Positions 1 to 12,054 are shown, counted from the first letter of the stretch. The stretch: 64,000 nucleotides of DNA from an uncultured Methanomicrobiaceae archaeon (GCA_963826525.1 CAWGXH010000005.1:224001-288000), one strand, 5' to 3'. Numbers and translations are program-made. Notes: generated by a model from the sequence alone, not told the origin.

Positions 1-115
1 CCTGGGCGAACCGGAACGGCGACCGGCGATCCTGAAGAAGACTCTCTATACTGGTTTTTTTGCAGTCGCTCTTCTGGCGTTCGGGGTGTTTGCCATCCTC
101 AACGTAGCCTCTTGA
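1..115 (+). CDS. 3' end of a membrane protein (partial, runs off the window start)
   Basis: Frame 2 reads LGEPERRPAILKKTLYTGFFAVALLAFGVFAILNVAS to TGA at 113-115, with one hydrophobic helix. Confidence 0.5.
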   Translation, partial: LGEPERRPAILKKTLYTGFFAVALLAFGVFAILNVAS

Positions 116-143
116 TCGCGTACGGCGGATCAGAACCGAGCCC

Positions 144-665
144 CTATTCTTTTAGATAAAACCGCCACTTGCAGAAGATATTCTCGGGATGCGGATCGGG
201 AGGGGCAAAGAGGCACTCGACGCAGATCCGCTCGTCGATCTGCCGTGCAAAACCCGTGAATTCCGCCCGGTGCATCTCGCGGCAGACGTACTCGCCGAGG
301 CCGCGCCGCAGCCGTGCTTCCTGGCTCGGGCACGAGGGGACGGTGATGATAACCTCGTTGTCCCTCTCCTCGATGTCGTAATCGACGATGATCGCCCAGG
401 GAAAGAACTTCAGCGCCTTCACGAAGCCGCGCAAACCTTTCTCCCGAATATCGAATCTGGCAACGAGGTCTTTCGCAGCCATCGGGGCGACGCGCCCCCA
501 GACTCGTTCGTTGACCGCTTCCGCAGTCGGCTGGCCGAACTCCTCGGCGATATTGATGAACCAGAATGCGTCCACCACACGGTAATGCCAGAGGAGGAAT
601 GCAAGATACTCTCTCATCTCCTCCGGGGTCATTCCATCAAATATGTCACTGGCCATGGAGAACAC
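144..665 (-). CDS. DUF6125-like / V4R-type hypothetical protein
   Basis: 173-aa ORF with [27 protein letters not shown] and [15 protein letters not shown] motifs; co-oriented with the thioesterase. Confidence 0.65.
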   Translation of the reverse strand: MFSMASDIFDGMTPEEMREYLAFLLWHYRVVDAFWFINIAEEFGQPTAEAVNERVWGRVAPMAAKDLVARFDIREKGLRGFVKALKFFPWAIIVDYDIEERDNEVIITVPSCPSQEARLRRGLGEYVCREMHRAEFTGFARQIDERICVECLFAPPDPHPENIFCKWRFYLKE

Positions 666-683
666 CGTTGTCGTTCGACCGGT

Positions 684-1094
684 TCAGGCGCGCTTGGGCG
701 TCTTCCGGTAGACCATTCCCTGGAAGATGGCGATCTTCTCCGCGGCGTCGTTCGTAATCCTGACGGTATACGATGCCAGTTTCGGGTTTAAGGCATACTC
801 CTCCGCCTCGGCGTAGAGCGTCCCCTCCCGTGCGGCCGTGAGGTAGGAGATCTCTGCGTTGATCGCCGCCGCCGGAATCCCGTGGGAGTTCGAGGCGAGG
901 GCGAAGGCCGTATCGGCGAGGGTGAAGAGCGCCCCGCCGTGGACGGTTCCGTGGCTGTTTTTGTGGTAGTCCCGAACCTCCATCTTCACTACGGCCCTGC
1001 CGGGAGCGACCTCGACGCATTCCATCCCGTTGTGTTGTGCAAAGGCATCGGCAGCGAAGAACCGCGCCGAATCTTCTGGTACGACCATATGCAA
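684..1094 (-). CDS. PaaI-family hot-dog fold thioesterase
   Basis: HKNSHGTVHGGALFTLADTAF signature. Confidence 0.9.
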   Translation of the reverse strand: MHMVVPEDSARFFAADAFAQHNGMECVEVAPGRAVVKMEVRDYHKNSHGTVHGGALFTLADTAFALASNSHGIPAAAINAEISYLTAAREGTLYAEAEEYALNPKLASYTVRITNDAAEKIAIFQGMVYRKTPKRA

Positions 1095-1175
1095 TAGTCT
1101 CTTTCGGGCGGCCGTAATAAGCCTGTCAGTCCGTGCCGGTGCGGAGGGTGAAGAGCGGTGTGCCGGAAAGGCGGA

Positions 1176-2035
1176 TCAGGCGAGACCCTGCATCTCGGCG
1201 GGATCGACCGCCCAGACGTAGCGCATCACCGATTCCCCGCCCAGGGTCACGCACGAGAACGCATAGACCGGCAGCACGTACTGCTGTGGTTCCGTCTTTG
1301 TCTCTATCCAGTAGCCGAGCGAAATGTTGCGCACCACGCAGAATTGCATGCAGCACGCCGGCTGAATCACGAGTTCGCCGGAGCAGAGCCGCCGGTACGC
1401 CTGCTCCGGCGTCAGAATCGGAACAAAGCGGACAGGCTGCGGCTCCAGTTCCCGGAGAGACTTCGAAACCGCTACCACTTCGCCGTTTTCGCCGATCGAG
1501 ACTGTAATGCCTGCATTATAGACACGCACTCCTGGATCTCCTCCACGAAATGCACGTGCTTTGTAAGAATATATTCCGTGGCGGTTGGGCCTATGCTTCC
1601 ACATGAAGATCCGACGCTCACGTCCTCAAAGTATACGCCATCGGGAAGAAGACCTCGTTCCTGCAGGTAATTCGTCGCAACCGCACGGATCTCTTCGTCG
1701 GATGGGAGGTCCGGCTGCCGGTGAGTGGTGTAGGGGTACGCCTTTTCTGGGATAATGTACCTGGAACGCTCCGGAGTTCGCGTAATAGTGCAAACTTCCG
1801 GGAGACCTTTCAGGCTCCTGCACGTCTCCCGATACGCCGAACAGATTGCCGAGGCGCCGGATCTCCTCGGTGCTGTTGTCGGGGAGAACCGTCCGGTAGA
1901 CCGGATACGAATCGTTTACGTCCGGAAACGACGTGACACGGACGTACAGACCATGACAGTCCGGTTATGTACATACCAGAAACGATGCCGATCAGTACCG
2001 ATGACTGTGAGGAGGGCCTTTCTCTTCGCGATCAT
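1176..2035 (-). CDS. Secreted or membrane-anchored hypothetical protein (several frameshifts)
   Basis: Stitched from MIAKRKALLTVI (basic plus hydrophobic signal), PVYRTVLPD, LHYYANSGAF, LPSDEEIRAVATNYLQERGLLP and ITVSIGENGEVVAV..YVLPVYAF, read across three frames. Confidence 0.55.
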
Positions 2036-2656
2036 GCGTCGAAACCCCGTTCCTATGGTGAGAGATGAGTTTCGGAGTATATAGGTATTTCCGCGGTTCC
2101 CGTTCATCGTACCGGGGCGTTTAGGAATTAATCGGTTTTAGCAGCGCTTTTCCCAGAATCGAACGCAGGCGGCGGGCGAGCGGCTCACACGGAGCCTCCG
2201 GATCCGGGCGGCCGCGGGCGAGGGGAACGCATCCCCATCCCGTCCCGAACGAAGGGCAAATCGGCGTTCTTTTTCGAATTTTGTGCCCTCACCGGAGGGT
2301 GGATCGGGGCTATCGGAATTAACCGGCGCATCTCCCCCCGATTCCCGAAAAACGGCAGGATCGCAAGGGCATATCGGCGATATGAGCAGAGGTAATTTCG
2401 AGAGGATGTATATCATGCCTCGCCCGGAGATCGGTCGTCTGTGGGCGTCTGTGAGGGTCGAAAATTCAGGCAGATCGGTCTCGAATTGCTGGTATTTAAG
2501 CATTGCTTGACCGGCATTGCATTCTGCACCCCCGCCGGAGTTTCGTATCCGAGATTCCTGCCGTGCATATGTCCGGGTCGCCACCGGAACCGGGAGTAAA
2601 TATGAACCGGCCCTCCCTACCCGACCGCCGGAACTGTTGCGGAAACGTCCTGTCAA

Positions 2657-4021
2657 TCAGTTCTTGAAACTGTGAATCGGCGCGGGGATCCGTCCGCCGC
2701 GGTTTATGAAGTCCGCGCAGCCGAATCTGTTGACCTGCTGGATCGGTGCATGGCCTAAAAGTCCGCCGAACTCGACCGTGTCGCCGACGCCCTTTCCTAT
2801 CACGGGGATCAGCCGGACGGCGGTCGTCTTCTGGTTGATCATCCCGATTGCAGCCTCATCCGCGATGATACCGGATATTGTCGAAGCGGGTGTGTCGCCC
2901 GGAATTGCGATCATATCGAGGCCGACCGAGCATACGCAGGTCATCGCCTCGAGCTTTTCAAACGTCAGGGCGCCGCGGTTCACCGCATCGATCATCCCCT
3001 GGTCCTCGCTGACCGGGATGAATGCACCCGAAAGTCCGCCGACAAAGGAGCTCGCCATAACCCCTCCCTTCTTCACCTGGTCGTTTAAGAGGGCAAGTGC
3101 GGCCGTCGTCCCCGGTGCACCGACCGACTCAAGCCCCATCTCCTCGAGGATCTCGGCGACGCTGTCCCCGACGGAGGGCGTCGGGGCAAGAGAGAGATCG
3201 ACGATCCCGAACGGGATGCCGAGCCTCTCCGACGCCTCCTGGGCGACGAGCTGCCCTGCACGGGTGACCTTGAAAGCCGTTCTCTTGACGGTCTCGCAGA
3301 GCACCTCGAAGCTCTCTCCACGCACTCTCTCGAGTGCACGCTTTACAACACCCGGGCCGCTGACACCGAGGTTGATGACGGCATCGGCCTCGGTAACGCC
3401 GTGGAACGCTCCGGCCATGAACGGGTTGTCGTCGGGAGCATTGCAGAGGACGACCAGTTTTGTACACCCCATCGAGTTGTTTTCCTTCGTGGCTTCTGCT
3501 GTTCCCCTGACAATCTCCCCCATCAGTTTTACGGCATCCATGTTGATCCCGGTCTTCGTCGAGCCGATATTGACGGAGCTGCAGACCCTTTCGGTGCAGG
3601 ATAAGGCCGCCGGAATGGAGTGAATCAGGTTTTCATCGGCAGGGGTCATGCCTTTCGAAACAAGAGCGGAATAACCGCCGAGGAAGTTTACCCGGGTGTC
3701 CCTCGCGGCCTTATCGAGCGTCTTTGCAATCTCCACAAAGTCTCCGGGGGTCTTGCAGGCCCCTCCCCCGACAAGGGCGATAGGGGTTACGGAGATTCTT
3801 TTGTTAACAATAGGGATTCCATATTCGAGTTCGATCTGGCGGCCTGTCGAGACGAGATCCTTTGCCAGCCGGGTGATCTTATCATAGATATTGCGGTTCA
3901 GGGTATCGAGATCGGAATCGCAGCAGTCGAGAAGGCTGATGCCGAGCGTGATTGTCCTGACATCCAGCATCTCTTGCTCGATCATCGTGTTCGTCTCGTT
4001 TACCTCGAGGATGTTGATCAT
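2657..4021 (-). CDS. DUF711 / UPF0210 PFL-like protein
   Basis: [38 protein letters not shown]-terminal [12 protein letters not shown]. Confidence 0.92.
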   Translation of the reverse strand: MINILEVNETNTMIEQEMLDVRTITLGISLLDCCDSDLDTLNRNIYDKITRLAKDLVSTGRQIELEYGIPIVNKRISVTPIALVGGGACKTPGDFVEIAKTLDKAARDTRVNFLGGYSALVSKGMTPADENLIHSIPAALSCTERVCSSVNIGSTKTGINMDAVKLMGEIVRGTAEATKENNSMGCTKLVVLCNAPDDNPFMAGAFHGVTEADAVINLGVSGPGVVKRALERVRGESFEVLCETVKRTAFKVTRAGQLVAQEASERLGIPFGIVDLSLAPTPSVGDSVAEILEEMGLESVGAPGTTAALALLNDQVKKGGVMASSFVGGLSGAFIPVSEDQGMIDAVNRGALTFEKLEAMTCVCSVGLDMIAIPGDTPASTISGIIADEAAIGMINQKTTAVRLIPVIGKGVGDTVEFGGLLGHAPIQQVNRFGCADFINRGGRIPAPIHSFKN

Positions 4022-4031
4022 GAAATCTCCT

Positions 4032-4316
4032 TCAGATGCGGTGCATTTTTGTGAAGATATCTTCACGCTGGCATCGGATCTTCACGCCGATCTCATCGCC
4101 CAGGTTTTCAAGCTCGGTAACCATCTCACCGAACGGTTTTTCCGACCCGCTCGTATCGACGATCATCATCATATTGAAGTAGCCCTGCACGATCGTCTGC
4201 GAAATATCCTCGACGTTTACGTTACTGTTCGCAAGATACGTACAGACCCTTGCTATAATCCCCACGGTGTCCTTGCCGACGACGGTGACAATGGTTTTAT
4301 TCATGCTCTGGTTCAT
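4032..4316 (-). CDS. ACT-domain protein (UPF0237), usual partner of DUF711
   Basis: [34 protein letters not shown]; lies immediately upstream of the DUF711 gene. Confidence 0.92.
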   Translation of the reverse strand: MNQSMNKTIVTVVGKDTVGIIARVCTYLANSNVNVEDISQTIVQGYFNMMMIVDTSGSEKPFGEMVTELENLGDEIGVKIRCQREDIFTKMHRI

Positions 4317-4415
4317 CCCGCATTAGTGTTGGCGCTCATCCGGCATTAATACGGTTTTGCGCGGCGCCACGTAGGTATAAAGTACGCCTGAAAATTCCAG
4401 AACATTACTGCCCGA

Positions 4416-6728
4416 TCAACGGCCGCCGCCGTCCGTATCGACGCAGGTGACGTAGTACGACCGCCGCCCGTCCTCCTCCCGGACGACGATCCCGTGCATC
4501 TCGTTCTCAAAACCGGGATAGCGGTTGTCGAAATCCTCGCAGAAGGCGAGGTAATCGATGATCGCTCGCGTCTCCGCCGAACACTGTTCTCCGGGCATGA
4601 TGACGGGGATTCCGGGTGGATAGGGAACGACCATCATCGCGACGGGCTTCCCCGCGAGATCGCGGATGGGAACCTCCGTTACGCTGCCCCGGACGAGATG
4701 CCGGTAGGCCTCGGCCGGCGTCATCGCAGGCTCCGGGAGGTGGGCGTAGACATTCCGGACGACCCCGGTGATCTCCCCGGCCTTCAGGTACTCGTGCATC
4801 TCCTGGCAGAGATCGCGGATGCCCCGCTCCGCATAGCCGACGGGATAGTCGGGGGCGAGGTCGGGGAAGACCTCGGTGAGGGGGTGGTTGTCGTCGTAGA
4901 GCGCCTTGAACCGGAAGAGTTCGGCGAGGAGGCTCCCCGACTTGCCTTTGGTGATGCCGAGGGTGAAGAGCACCAGGAACGAGTAGTATCCCGTCTTCTC
5001 GACCACGATCCCGTGGTTCCGGAGGTACTTCGTCACGATGCCGGCGGGGATGCCCGACTCCTCCATCCTCCCCCCAACCTGTACGCCGGGGGTGAGGATG
5101 GTGACCTTGATTGGGTCAAGCATGACGTAATTCTCCTCAAACCCGCCGAAGGCATGCCAGTCATCACCCGGCCGGAGCGTCCAGCATCTCGCGGAGTTTC
5201 GAAGGAGGGTCTCGTCGGCCTCGCTGACGGAGACCTCGACGTCCTCATCCATGATACAGTCCGGCTGCCAGATGGTGAACCACCAGAGCATCTCCGGCGG
5301 CCGCCTGCTTGCCGCGATCTCCTCGCCGACCGTCACCATCTTCTTCCGGAATACTATCGCCTCTTCGATCGCCTCCTCGATCAGGAACTTGCCCGAGTGG
5401 CCGGCCATCATCTTGGTCGCGACGTCGAGCGATGCGACGATCATATACTGCGGGGAGGTGGAGGTGAACATCATGAACGCCTCGTTGAACCGCACGGGGT
5501 CGACGGGAGAGCTCCCCTGCCTGATATGCACCATCGATCCCTGCGAGAATGCGGCGAGGACTTTGTGGGTCGACTGCGTCGCAAAGACCGTCGGGCTCCC
5601 CTTTCCCACCGGGTGCATCCCATACCTCCCGGCATACAGCGGGTGGAATTTTGCGTAGGCGAACCACGCCTCGTCGTAGTGGATGAACGGAACGATCTCC
5701 TTCAGGTGCTCGTGGATCGTCCCGACGTTGTAGCAGAGGCCGTCGTAGGTGGAGTTCGTGATGACGGCGAGCCGGACCTGGTGCACCGCGGGGTCGGCGA
5801 TCAGGGGGCAGTCGGCGATCTTCCTTTGAATCGTCCCGTGATGAAACTCGCTGCTGTGGATCGGGCCGATGATGCCGTACTCGTTCCGCGAGGGGATGAG
5901 GTAAATCGGGATCGCCCCGGTCATAATGATCGCGTGCATGATGGACTTATGGCAGTTCCGGTCGACGAGGACGATATCCCCCGGCGTCACCGTCCCGAGC
6001 CAGACGATCTTGTTCGCTCCGCTCGTCCCGTTCGTCACGAAGTAGGTGCGGTCGGAGCCGAAGACGTCGGAGGCACGCCGTTCCGCCTCGCCGACCACGC
6101 CCGTATGCTCCTGGATCGACCCGAGCTCCGCCACCGAGACCGAGAGGTCGGCACGCAGCGTATTCTCCCCGAAAAAGTTGAAGAAAACCCGACCAGCCGC
6201 AGTCTTGAGGAACGCCACCCCGCCCATATGCCCCGGCGTATGCCAGGAGTACCTGTACTCGTCGACGTACTCCACCAGAGCCTTGAAGAAGGGAGGGAGG
6301 ACATCGGAGAGGTAGGTGCGTGCCGCCCTTTTGATATGTCCGGCGATGAAGTCGGGCGTATCCTCGAGCTTCCAGATATACCCCTCGATCGTCGAGATCA
6401 CCTCGAGCGGTATCGCGCTAATGGCAAGCCGCTCGGTATAGAGGAATATCGGGATCTTCCGGTTCCGCTCCCGGATAAGAGTGATGACGTCGGCCGCCGT
6501 CAGCATCCCGTCCCCCTGCTCGGGGGTCAGGTCCCAGTCGATGATGATGCAGCTGACGTGGGGATGCGAGAGGAATGCATGGATGCCGTCCCGGGCAGTA
6601 AGCGCCTCGATGACGGTAAAATCCTCTTTCTTCAGTTCTCCGACGATCTCCCGCGAGGCTCTCCCTTCGGCGGTCTCCGAGTGGAGCTCGTCGTCGATGA
6701 TCAGAATCGGAAACTCCTGGTACTCCAT
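4416..6728 (-). CDS. Orn/Lys/Arg decarboxylase (fold type I PLP enzyme with N-terminal receiver-like wing domain)
   Basis: WHTPGHMGG, TNGTS, DRNCHKS, TNSTYDG, DEAW, PLP lysine motif QSTHK, VPYPPGIP; intact 770 aa. Confidence 0.93.
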   Translation of the reverse strand: MEYQEFPILIIDDELHSETAEGRASREIVGELKKEDFTVIEALTARDGIHAFLSHPHVSCIIIDWDLTPEQGDGMLTAADVITLIRERNRKIPIFLYTERLAISAIPLEVISTIEGYIWKLEDTPDFIAGHIKRAARTYLSDVLPPFFKALVEYVDEYRYSWHTPGHMGGVAFLKTAAGRVFFNFFGENTLRADLSVSVAELGSIQEHTGVVGEAERRASDVFGSDRTYFVTNGTSGANKIVWLGTVTPGDIVLVDRNCHKSIMHAIIMTGAIPIYLIPSRNEYGIIGPIHSSEFHHGTIQRKIADCPLIADPAVHQVRLAVITNSTYDGLCYNVGTIHEHLKEIVPFIHYDEAWFAYAKFHPLYAGRYGMHPVGKGSPTVFATQSTHKVLAAFSQGSMVHIRQGSSPVDPVRFNEAFMMFTSTSPQYMIVASLDVATKMMAGHSGKFLIEEAIEEAIVFRKKMVTVGEEIAASRRPPEMLWWFTIWQPDCIMDEDVEVSVSEADETLLRNSARCWTLRPGDDWHAFGGFEENYVMLDPIKVTILTPGVQVGGRMEESGIPAGIVTKYLRNHGIVVEKTGYYSFLVLFTLGITKGKSGSLLAELFRFKALYDDNHPLTEVFPDLAPDYPVGYAERGIRDLCQEMHEYLKAGEITGVVRNVYAHLPEPAMTPAEAYRHLVRGSVTEVPIRDLAGKPVAMMVVPYPPGIPVIMPGEQCSAETRAIIDYLAFCEDFDNRYPGFENEMHGIVVREEDGRRSYYVTCVDTDGGGR

Positions 6729-6803
6729 TGATCCTTCTCCGGAGATGAGGAGGTAGCCGGAGTGGCTACATAAGCGTTGCTATCGGCGCGGCGGTTGCCC
6801 CGC

Positions 6804-7649
6804 TTACCCGAGCTCGAACGACGTGACGCCGAAGATCTCATGCAGGGGAAGATCGGGGACCGACTGCGTGTACATCCGTATCGTCTCGAAGACCGGCACC
6901 ATCCCGTGCCTGCGAGCGATATCGACCGCAGCGGGATTCGGCTCCGGCGTATCGAAGTAGACGCACTCCCCGGGTGCGAATGCCATCAGCCCGTGGAAGA
7001 TCGTCTCCGCATCAGCGGGGGTATCAGCGAAGAGCGGCCCTATCTTATAGCCGTTGAAACACGTCCTGATGACGCCGTAGCCGGCTAGCCGTCCGTCGTC
7101 ACGGAGGACTGCCCGTCCGATACTGTCCCCCTGCGAGAGCCACGCCCGGAGGAACGCCGGCCGCGGTGCGGGGAAATGCGCAGTGTCATATGCCAGCACC
7201 TGCTCGAAGGGGAGATCGGCAAGATCGACGAGGCCCGGTGGCTCGCCGCCGCCGCCGATACCTTCGAACCGGATGTTCCGGTATGCGAGGATAAACCCGG
7301 ATCGCTCGTTATACTTCTGCTGCATCTCGACGACACCGTCCCCGCCGATATTCCGGCCGGCCGCGTGCGCCATCGCCGCATCAAAGAGCCGGCTCCCGTA
7401 TCCCCTGCCGCGGAAAGCCGGCTTGATGATATAAAATCCGCCGAAAGCGAACGTATCGCCGTACACGACGGCGGACATGCACCCGATCGGCTCCCCGTCG
7501 AGCTCGGCGAGGAAGAAGCCTCGGGGATCGGCTGCATAAAAGCATTCCGCGTCGTGGATCCCGGGATTCCACCCTTCCTGCTCCGCCCATGCAACCGCGA
7601 TATCGACCTCCCGTGGCTCCATCCGCCGTACGACCAGCTCTTTACTCAT
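6804..7649 (-). CDS. GNAT-family N-acetyltransferase (YitH-like, two domain)
   Basis: Start MSKELVVRRM; WAEQEGWNPG, acetyl-CoA motif FRGRGYG, KIGPLFAD, GVTSFELG. Confidence 0.88.
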   Translation of the reverse strand: MSKELVVRRMEPREVDIAVAWAEQEGWNPGIHDAECFYAADPRGFFLAELDGEPIGCMSAVVYGDTFAFGGFYIIKPAFRGRGYGSRLFDAAMAHAAGRNIGGDGVVEMQQKYNERSGFILAYRNIRFEGIGGGGEPPGLVDLADLPFEQVLAYDTAHFPAPRPAFLRAWLSQGDSIGRAVLRDDGRLAGYGVIRTCFNGYKIGPLFADTPADAETIFHGLMAFAPGECVYFDTPEPNPAAVDIARRHGMVPVFETIRMYTQSVPDLPLHEIFGVTSFELG

Positions 7650-7856
7650 GCATCTCTCCTGATGAAGTATGCATGCCGGGGGTATATCCGCTTTTTCAAT
7701 TGCAGCACCGGCAGCGTGCAGGGTGGGGCCGTGCCGACTGGAATCTTTATTGTGCCGGGAGAGTATCCGGTGTGATACCATGCACACTTCCAGGATCGCA
7801 TTTACGGACTCCGGCCGTCCCCACCGGGATTGCCGGGACGGCAGGGGTGGGAGGAC

Positions 7857-9359
7857 ATGATACTCGTCCGGGGAAGCGGCGTTCTCATGCACATAACGTC
7901 GCTCCCGTCCCGGTTCGGTATCGGCGATCTTGGGCCTGCCGCCTACCGATTTGCAGACTTCCTCGCCGATACCGGCCAGCGTTACTGGCAGATACTCCCC
8001 ATCAACCCGACGAGCCTGGAGTATGCCCACTCTCCTTACTCGAGCCCGTCCTCGCTTGGGTTCAATACCCTGCTCATCAGCCCCGAGGAGATGGTGGCTG
8101 CCGGCCTCCTCGACTCCGAGGATCTCGACCCCGCGCCGACGTTCCCGGCAGCGTCCGTCGATTACGCGAAAGCAGCCGGGTTCCGCGCCCGTATCTTCGA
8201 TACGGCGTTCGAGCGGTTCCGGGAGAGCGGCGGGGACTGTCGTTTCGATGCCTTTCGCCGGGAGAATCGAGACTGGCTCGACGATCACGCCCTCTTCGTC
8301 GCGCTCAAAGAGCATACCGGTGGAAAGGCCTGGAGCGACTGGCCGGCACCGCTCCGCGACCGGCAGCCCGAGATGCTTGCGCGGATGCGAGGAAGAGCTC
8401 GAAGAGAAGATCGAGCGGGAGATATTCCTCCAGTACATCTTCGCGGAGCAGTGGTCGTCTCTCCGCCGCTACGCCGCTGACCGGAAAGTCCACTTCATCG
8501 GCGACATCCCGATCTACATCGCCTACGATAGTGTCGACGTCTGGAAGACCCCCGGCATCTTCAAGCTCGACGAGAGGATGCGGCCGACGGTCGTCGCCGG
8601 TGTTCCGCCGGACTGCTTCAGCAGGACGGGGCAGCTCTGGGGCAACCCCGTCTATGACTGGAAGGCCCTCAAAGAACAGGACTACGCATGGTGGGTGCGG
8701 CGGATCGCTCGTGCTCTGGACATGTGCGATCTTACCCGTATCGATCACTTCCGGGGATTTATCGACTACTGGGAGGTGCCTGCAGGAGATGCGACCGCAG
8801 AGAACGGCTACTGGGTCGATGGCCCGGGTACGGACTTCTTCGACCGTCTCGCCGGGCACTTCCCCTGCCTGCCGATCATCGCCGAAGATCTCGGGGACAA
8901 CACCCCCGCCATCCAGACGGTTCTCGACCGTTTCGGGTTCCCGGGGATGCGGGTTCTCCTCTATGCGTTCGCGGGCGACCCGGCGACGAGCCCGCATGCT
9001 CCTCACAACCACATCCAGAACTGCATCGTCTACACCGGGACGCACGATAACGAGACGGTGCGGGGCTGGTTTGAAGAGTCGGCAGGAAAACAGGAGCGCC
9101 GGCGTCTCTTCCGGTATCTCGGAAGGCGAATATCCCGCCCCCAAAGTCCATCAGCGAGTTCGTCAGGATGGCACTCGGCTCGGTCGCCCGGATAGCGATC
9201 ATTCCCGTCCAGGACCTCTTCGGGATGGGGAACGCCGACCGGATGAACCGCCCGGCAACAGTGGAGCACAACTGGGTCTGGCGGCTGACTCCCGGGCAGT
9301 TCGCAAAAGCGCCTGCCGGGTGGCTCCGGGAGCTTGCGGAAGTGTACCGGCGGACCTGA
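7857..9359 (+). CDS. malQ: 4-alpha-glucanotransferase (GH77), copy 1, frameshifts near 8390 and 9140
   Basis: SGVLMHITSLPS..GIGDLG, WQILP, GDIPIY, GVPPD.FS.TGQLWGNP, RIDHFRG, IIAEDLG, YTGTHDN. Confidence 0.92.
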
Positions 9360-9504
9360 ACGGACGAATCGGTTTCATTCGGGAAGATTCCGGCATACCC
9401 GGGAGGCACCGCGGCTGGTTATTGATTCTGTGCCCGCTTATGCCGGGGAGAACTTAAATATGGGGCTGTACAACACTATGCCTATGAGGAACGGCGGGGC
9501 GGGT

Positions 9505-10907
9505 ATGGCGCGAGTCTGTTTTGTATTCTCGATGCACCACCCGTATCCCGTCCCTGGAGTACTCCGGATGAATGCGCCTTCGACCGGGGCGGGAGGGATT
9601 GGTTCCTGCAGATGGTCGCCGGGGCATACCTGCCCGCATTCGAGCTCCTGCAGGTCTGGCGTGACCGGGACGTTCCCTGCAGCATCAGCTGCTCGGGCAC
9701 TGCCGTCGAACACCTCGAACGGTGGGCGCCGGAGGCGTACGATCTCTTCCGTAACAGCGTAACGGCCGGAGAGACGGAACTCCTCGCCGGAACCTACTAC
9801 CACAGTGTTGTCGGCCTCTTCGCCGACCAGGAGGAGTTCTGCGAACAGGTCGAAATGCACCTCGGACTGATGGAGCGGTTGAGCGGCGATAAGCCCTGCA
9901 TCTTCGACTCCGCCAGTGTCCCGCTCACCCCCGCGATGGCGGCGAGCCTCCGCACGATGGGTCTCCGGGGGGCATACGTCGAGGGAACGGAGGCGACGCT
10001 CGCCGGGAATGACCCGGGATTTGTATACCGCTACGCCGACCTTCCGGTCCTGGTCAAACACTGCCCGCTCTCCGACGATATTGCGGAGCGGCTCCACCAT
10101 CCCGGGTGGGACAGGTACCCGCTCACCCCCGATACCTTCGCCGGGTGGATCGCATCGTCGCCGGGTGACTGTATCCATCTCTCCATCGATCTTGCCGCTT
10201 TCCGGACGAGAGACGGATGCCACTGCACCCTCATGGAGTTCATGCGCTCGCTCCCCGAAGCACTCGCCGATCACGGCATCACCCCGACTACCCCGTCGGA
10301 GGTCGTCAATGCTCTTGCCGATACCGCCGAACCTGTCGACGGGGTCTATGACACCTCTTCGGTCTGGCAGAAGAATATGTTCCAGCAGTCCGCACTCGAT
10401 GCCCTGGAGAGTGCAGGGCGGTGGCTCCCGGATAGACAACTCTGGCGCCGCCTCTCCGCGACCGACCACTTCCAGGCCATGGCGATGAATTCGGGAGGCT
10501 GCGGTGGGGCATATCGGCAGAAAAGCCAGCAGGAGGCGTTCGACTCCTTTACCGCTTTCATGCACGTGCTCTCGCGCCTCGAAGAGGCATCGCTACCCGA
10601 AGTCTCTTCGAAAGATGCTGCCCTGACTCTGCGGTCGGTTCCGCCCGAGACGGCCTTCTGTTTCTCCTCGAAGGAGAGACTCGCCGGATACTCCGCGTAC
10701 AGTCTTCAGGAACTCTCCGATCTGCTTGAATACGCATCCGAAGAGGTTATCGCGTATCACCGGGAGCGCGGCGACTTTGTCCGGTGGATCCGCGATGTGA
10801 TCGGCGATACGCGGCTCGGCGCGATAGCCCGGGACTGCACGAGCCGCGATGAACTCCGCACTGCCATACAGGAAAGGATACGGGAATCATGGGATCGCTT
10901 AAGATAG
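9505..10907 (+). CDS. GH57 amylase-like protein with C-terminal DUF5752-like domain (degenerate active site; early frameshift)
   Basis: VCFVFSMHHP, ELLAGTYYHS, LSDDIAERL, YPLTPDTFAGWI, W.KNMFQ, LSATDHF; C-terminal AYSLQEL..YHRERGDFVRWIRDVIGD. Confidence 0.8.
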
Positions 10908-12048
10908 CCTTCTTCAGGCTGGGAGTCGCTCTTCTCGGTCAAGGTCGGGGGTCTTGCGCCTGCCACGACGCACCTTGCGGAGGAGCTTGCACGCAAGCAC
11001 GAGGTTCACTTCTTCACCCGCGGCGAGGGGAAAGACCGGCAGATAAACAATGTTCACTATCACTACTGCCGGCCGACCGGCGACAACATCATCGACTACT
11101 GCCGGAACCTGAGCATCGAGGCGACCGGGAAGTTTCTCGAGCATGACCGGCCGCCGTTCGATATCCTCCACTTCCACGACTGGCACTTCACCGAAGCCCT
11201 GCACCTCCTGAAAGACCGGCAGACGGTGCTCTCTTACCACTCGACCGAGTACCGGACGAAACGGCAGTCAGTTCGGAGGCTGGTGGGAATTCCAAGAGGT
11301 CTCGGCGAAAGAGTGGTACGCCGGCTACATCGCAAAGACGATTACGACCGTCTCGAATCATACCAAGACCGAGATCATGTGGCTCTATGATGTCCCTGAG
11401 TGGAAGGTCACGGTCATCCCGAACGGCATCTACCCCGACCACTACCGGATGGACGTAGACCCGGGAGCGGTGAAGAAGCAGTACGGCATTCACCCGCTTG
11501 CTCCGACCGTCCTCTTCGTCGGGCGTCTCGTCTACCAGAAAGGGCCCGATCTCCTGATCGAGGCGATCCCGCTCATCCTCGAAAAAAGGTGGGACGTTCA
11601 GTTCCTCATCGCCGGCAACGGGCAGATGCGCGAGCACCTCGAGGCGATGGCGGCCGGCCTTCCCGTGCAGTTCCTCGGCTACATCTCCGATACCGACCAT
11701 CTGCGCCTCCTGAACGCAGTAGATGTCGTCGTCATCCCGAGCAGGAACGAGCCTTTCGGCCTCGTGCTGACCGAAGCATGGAGTGCCGGGCGCTGCGTGG
11801 TGGCGACCGAGGTCGGCGGCCTTGCCGAGAACATCGAGAACTTCAAGGACGGTGTCAAAGTGCCGGTCAGGCCCGATTCGATAGCGTGGGGGATCGAGCA
11901 CGTCCTCCAGGATCCGGCGACCGTCCGGGCACTCGGTGCGGCCGGGAGAAAGAAGGTCGAGGCGGAGTTTGACTGGAACACCATCGCGGCCGGTATGGAA
12001 GACCTCTATCGCCGGCTGCTCGGTGGCGGACACCCGGAGCGACGCTGA
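10889..12048 (+). CDS. GT4 glycosyltransferase, probable glycogen synthase (frameshifted)
   Basis: KIAFF..VKVGGLA, DILHFHDWH, VLFVGRLVYQKGPD, SRNEPFGLVLTEAW; located inside the glycogen cluster. Confidence 0.85.
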
Positions 12049-12054
12049 AGCACC

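Noticed and set aside
2110-2650. Possible structured ncRNA (SRP or RNase P) in this GC-rich gap
   Set aside because: I could not find the conserved SRP or RNase P signature sequences; an Infernal search is needed to exclude it
4494-6731. 745-aa ORF antisense to the decarboxylase, and similar long shadow ORFs (11188-12951, 13283-14569, 24095-25048, 58694-59743)
   Set aside because: These are mirror-frame ORFs expected from high-GC codon bias and contain no recognisable motifs
6804-8438. 544-aa GNAT fusion protein
   Set aside because: The upstream half is antisense to malQ and intergenic DNA; the GNAT domain starts at 7649
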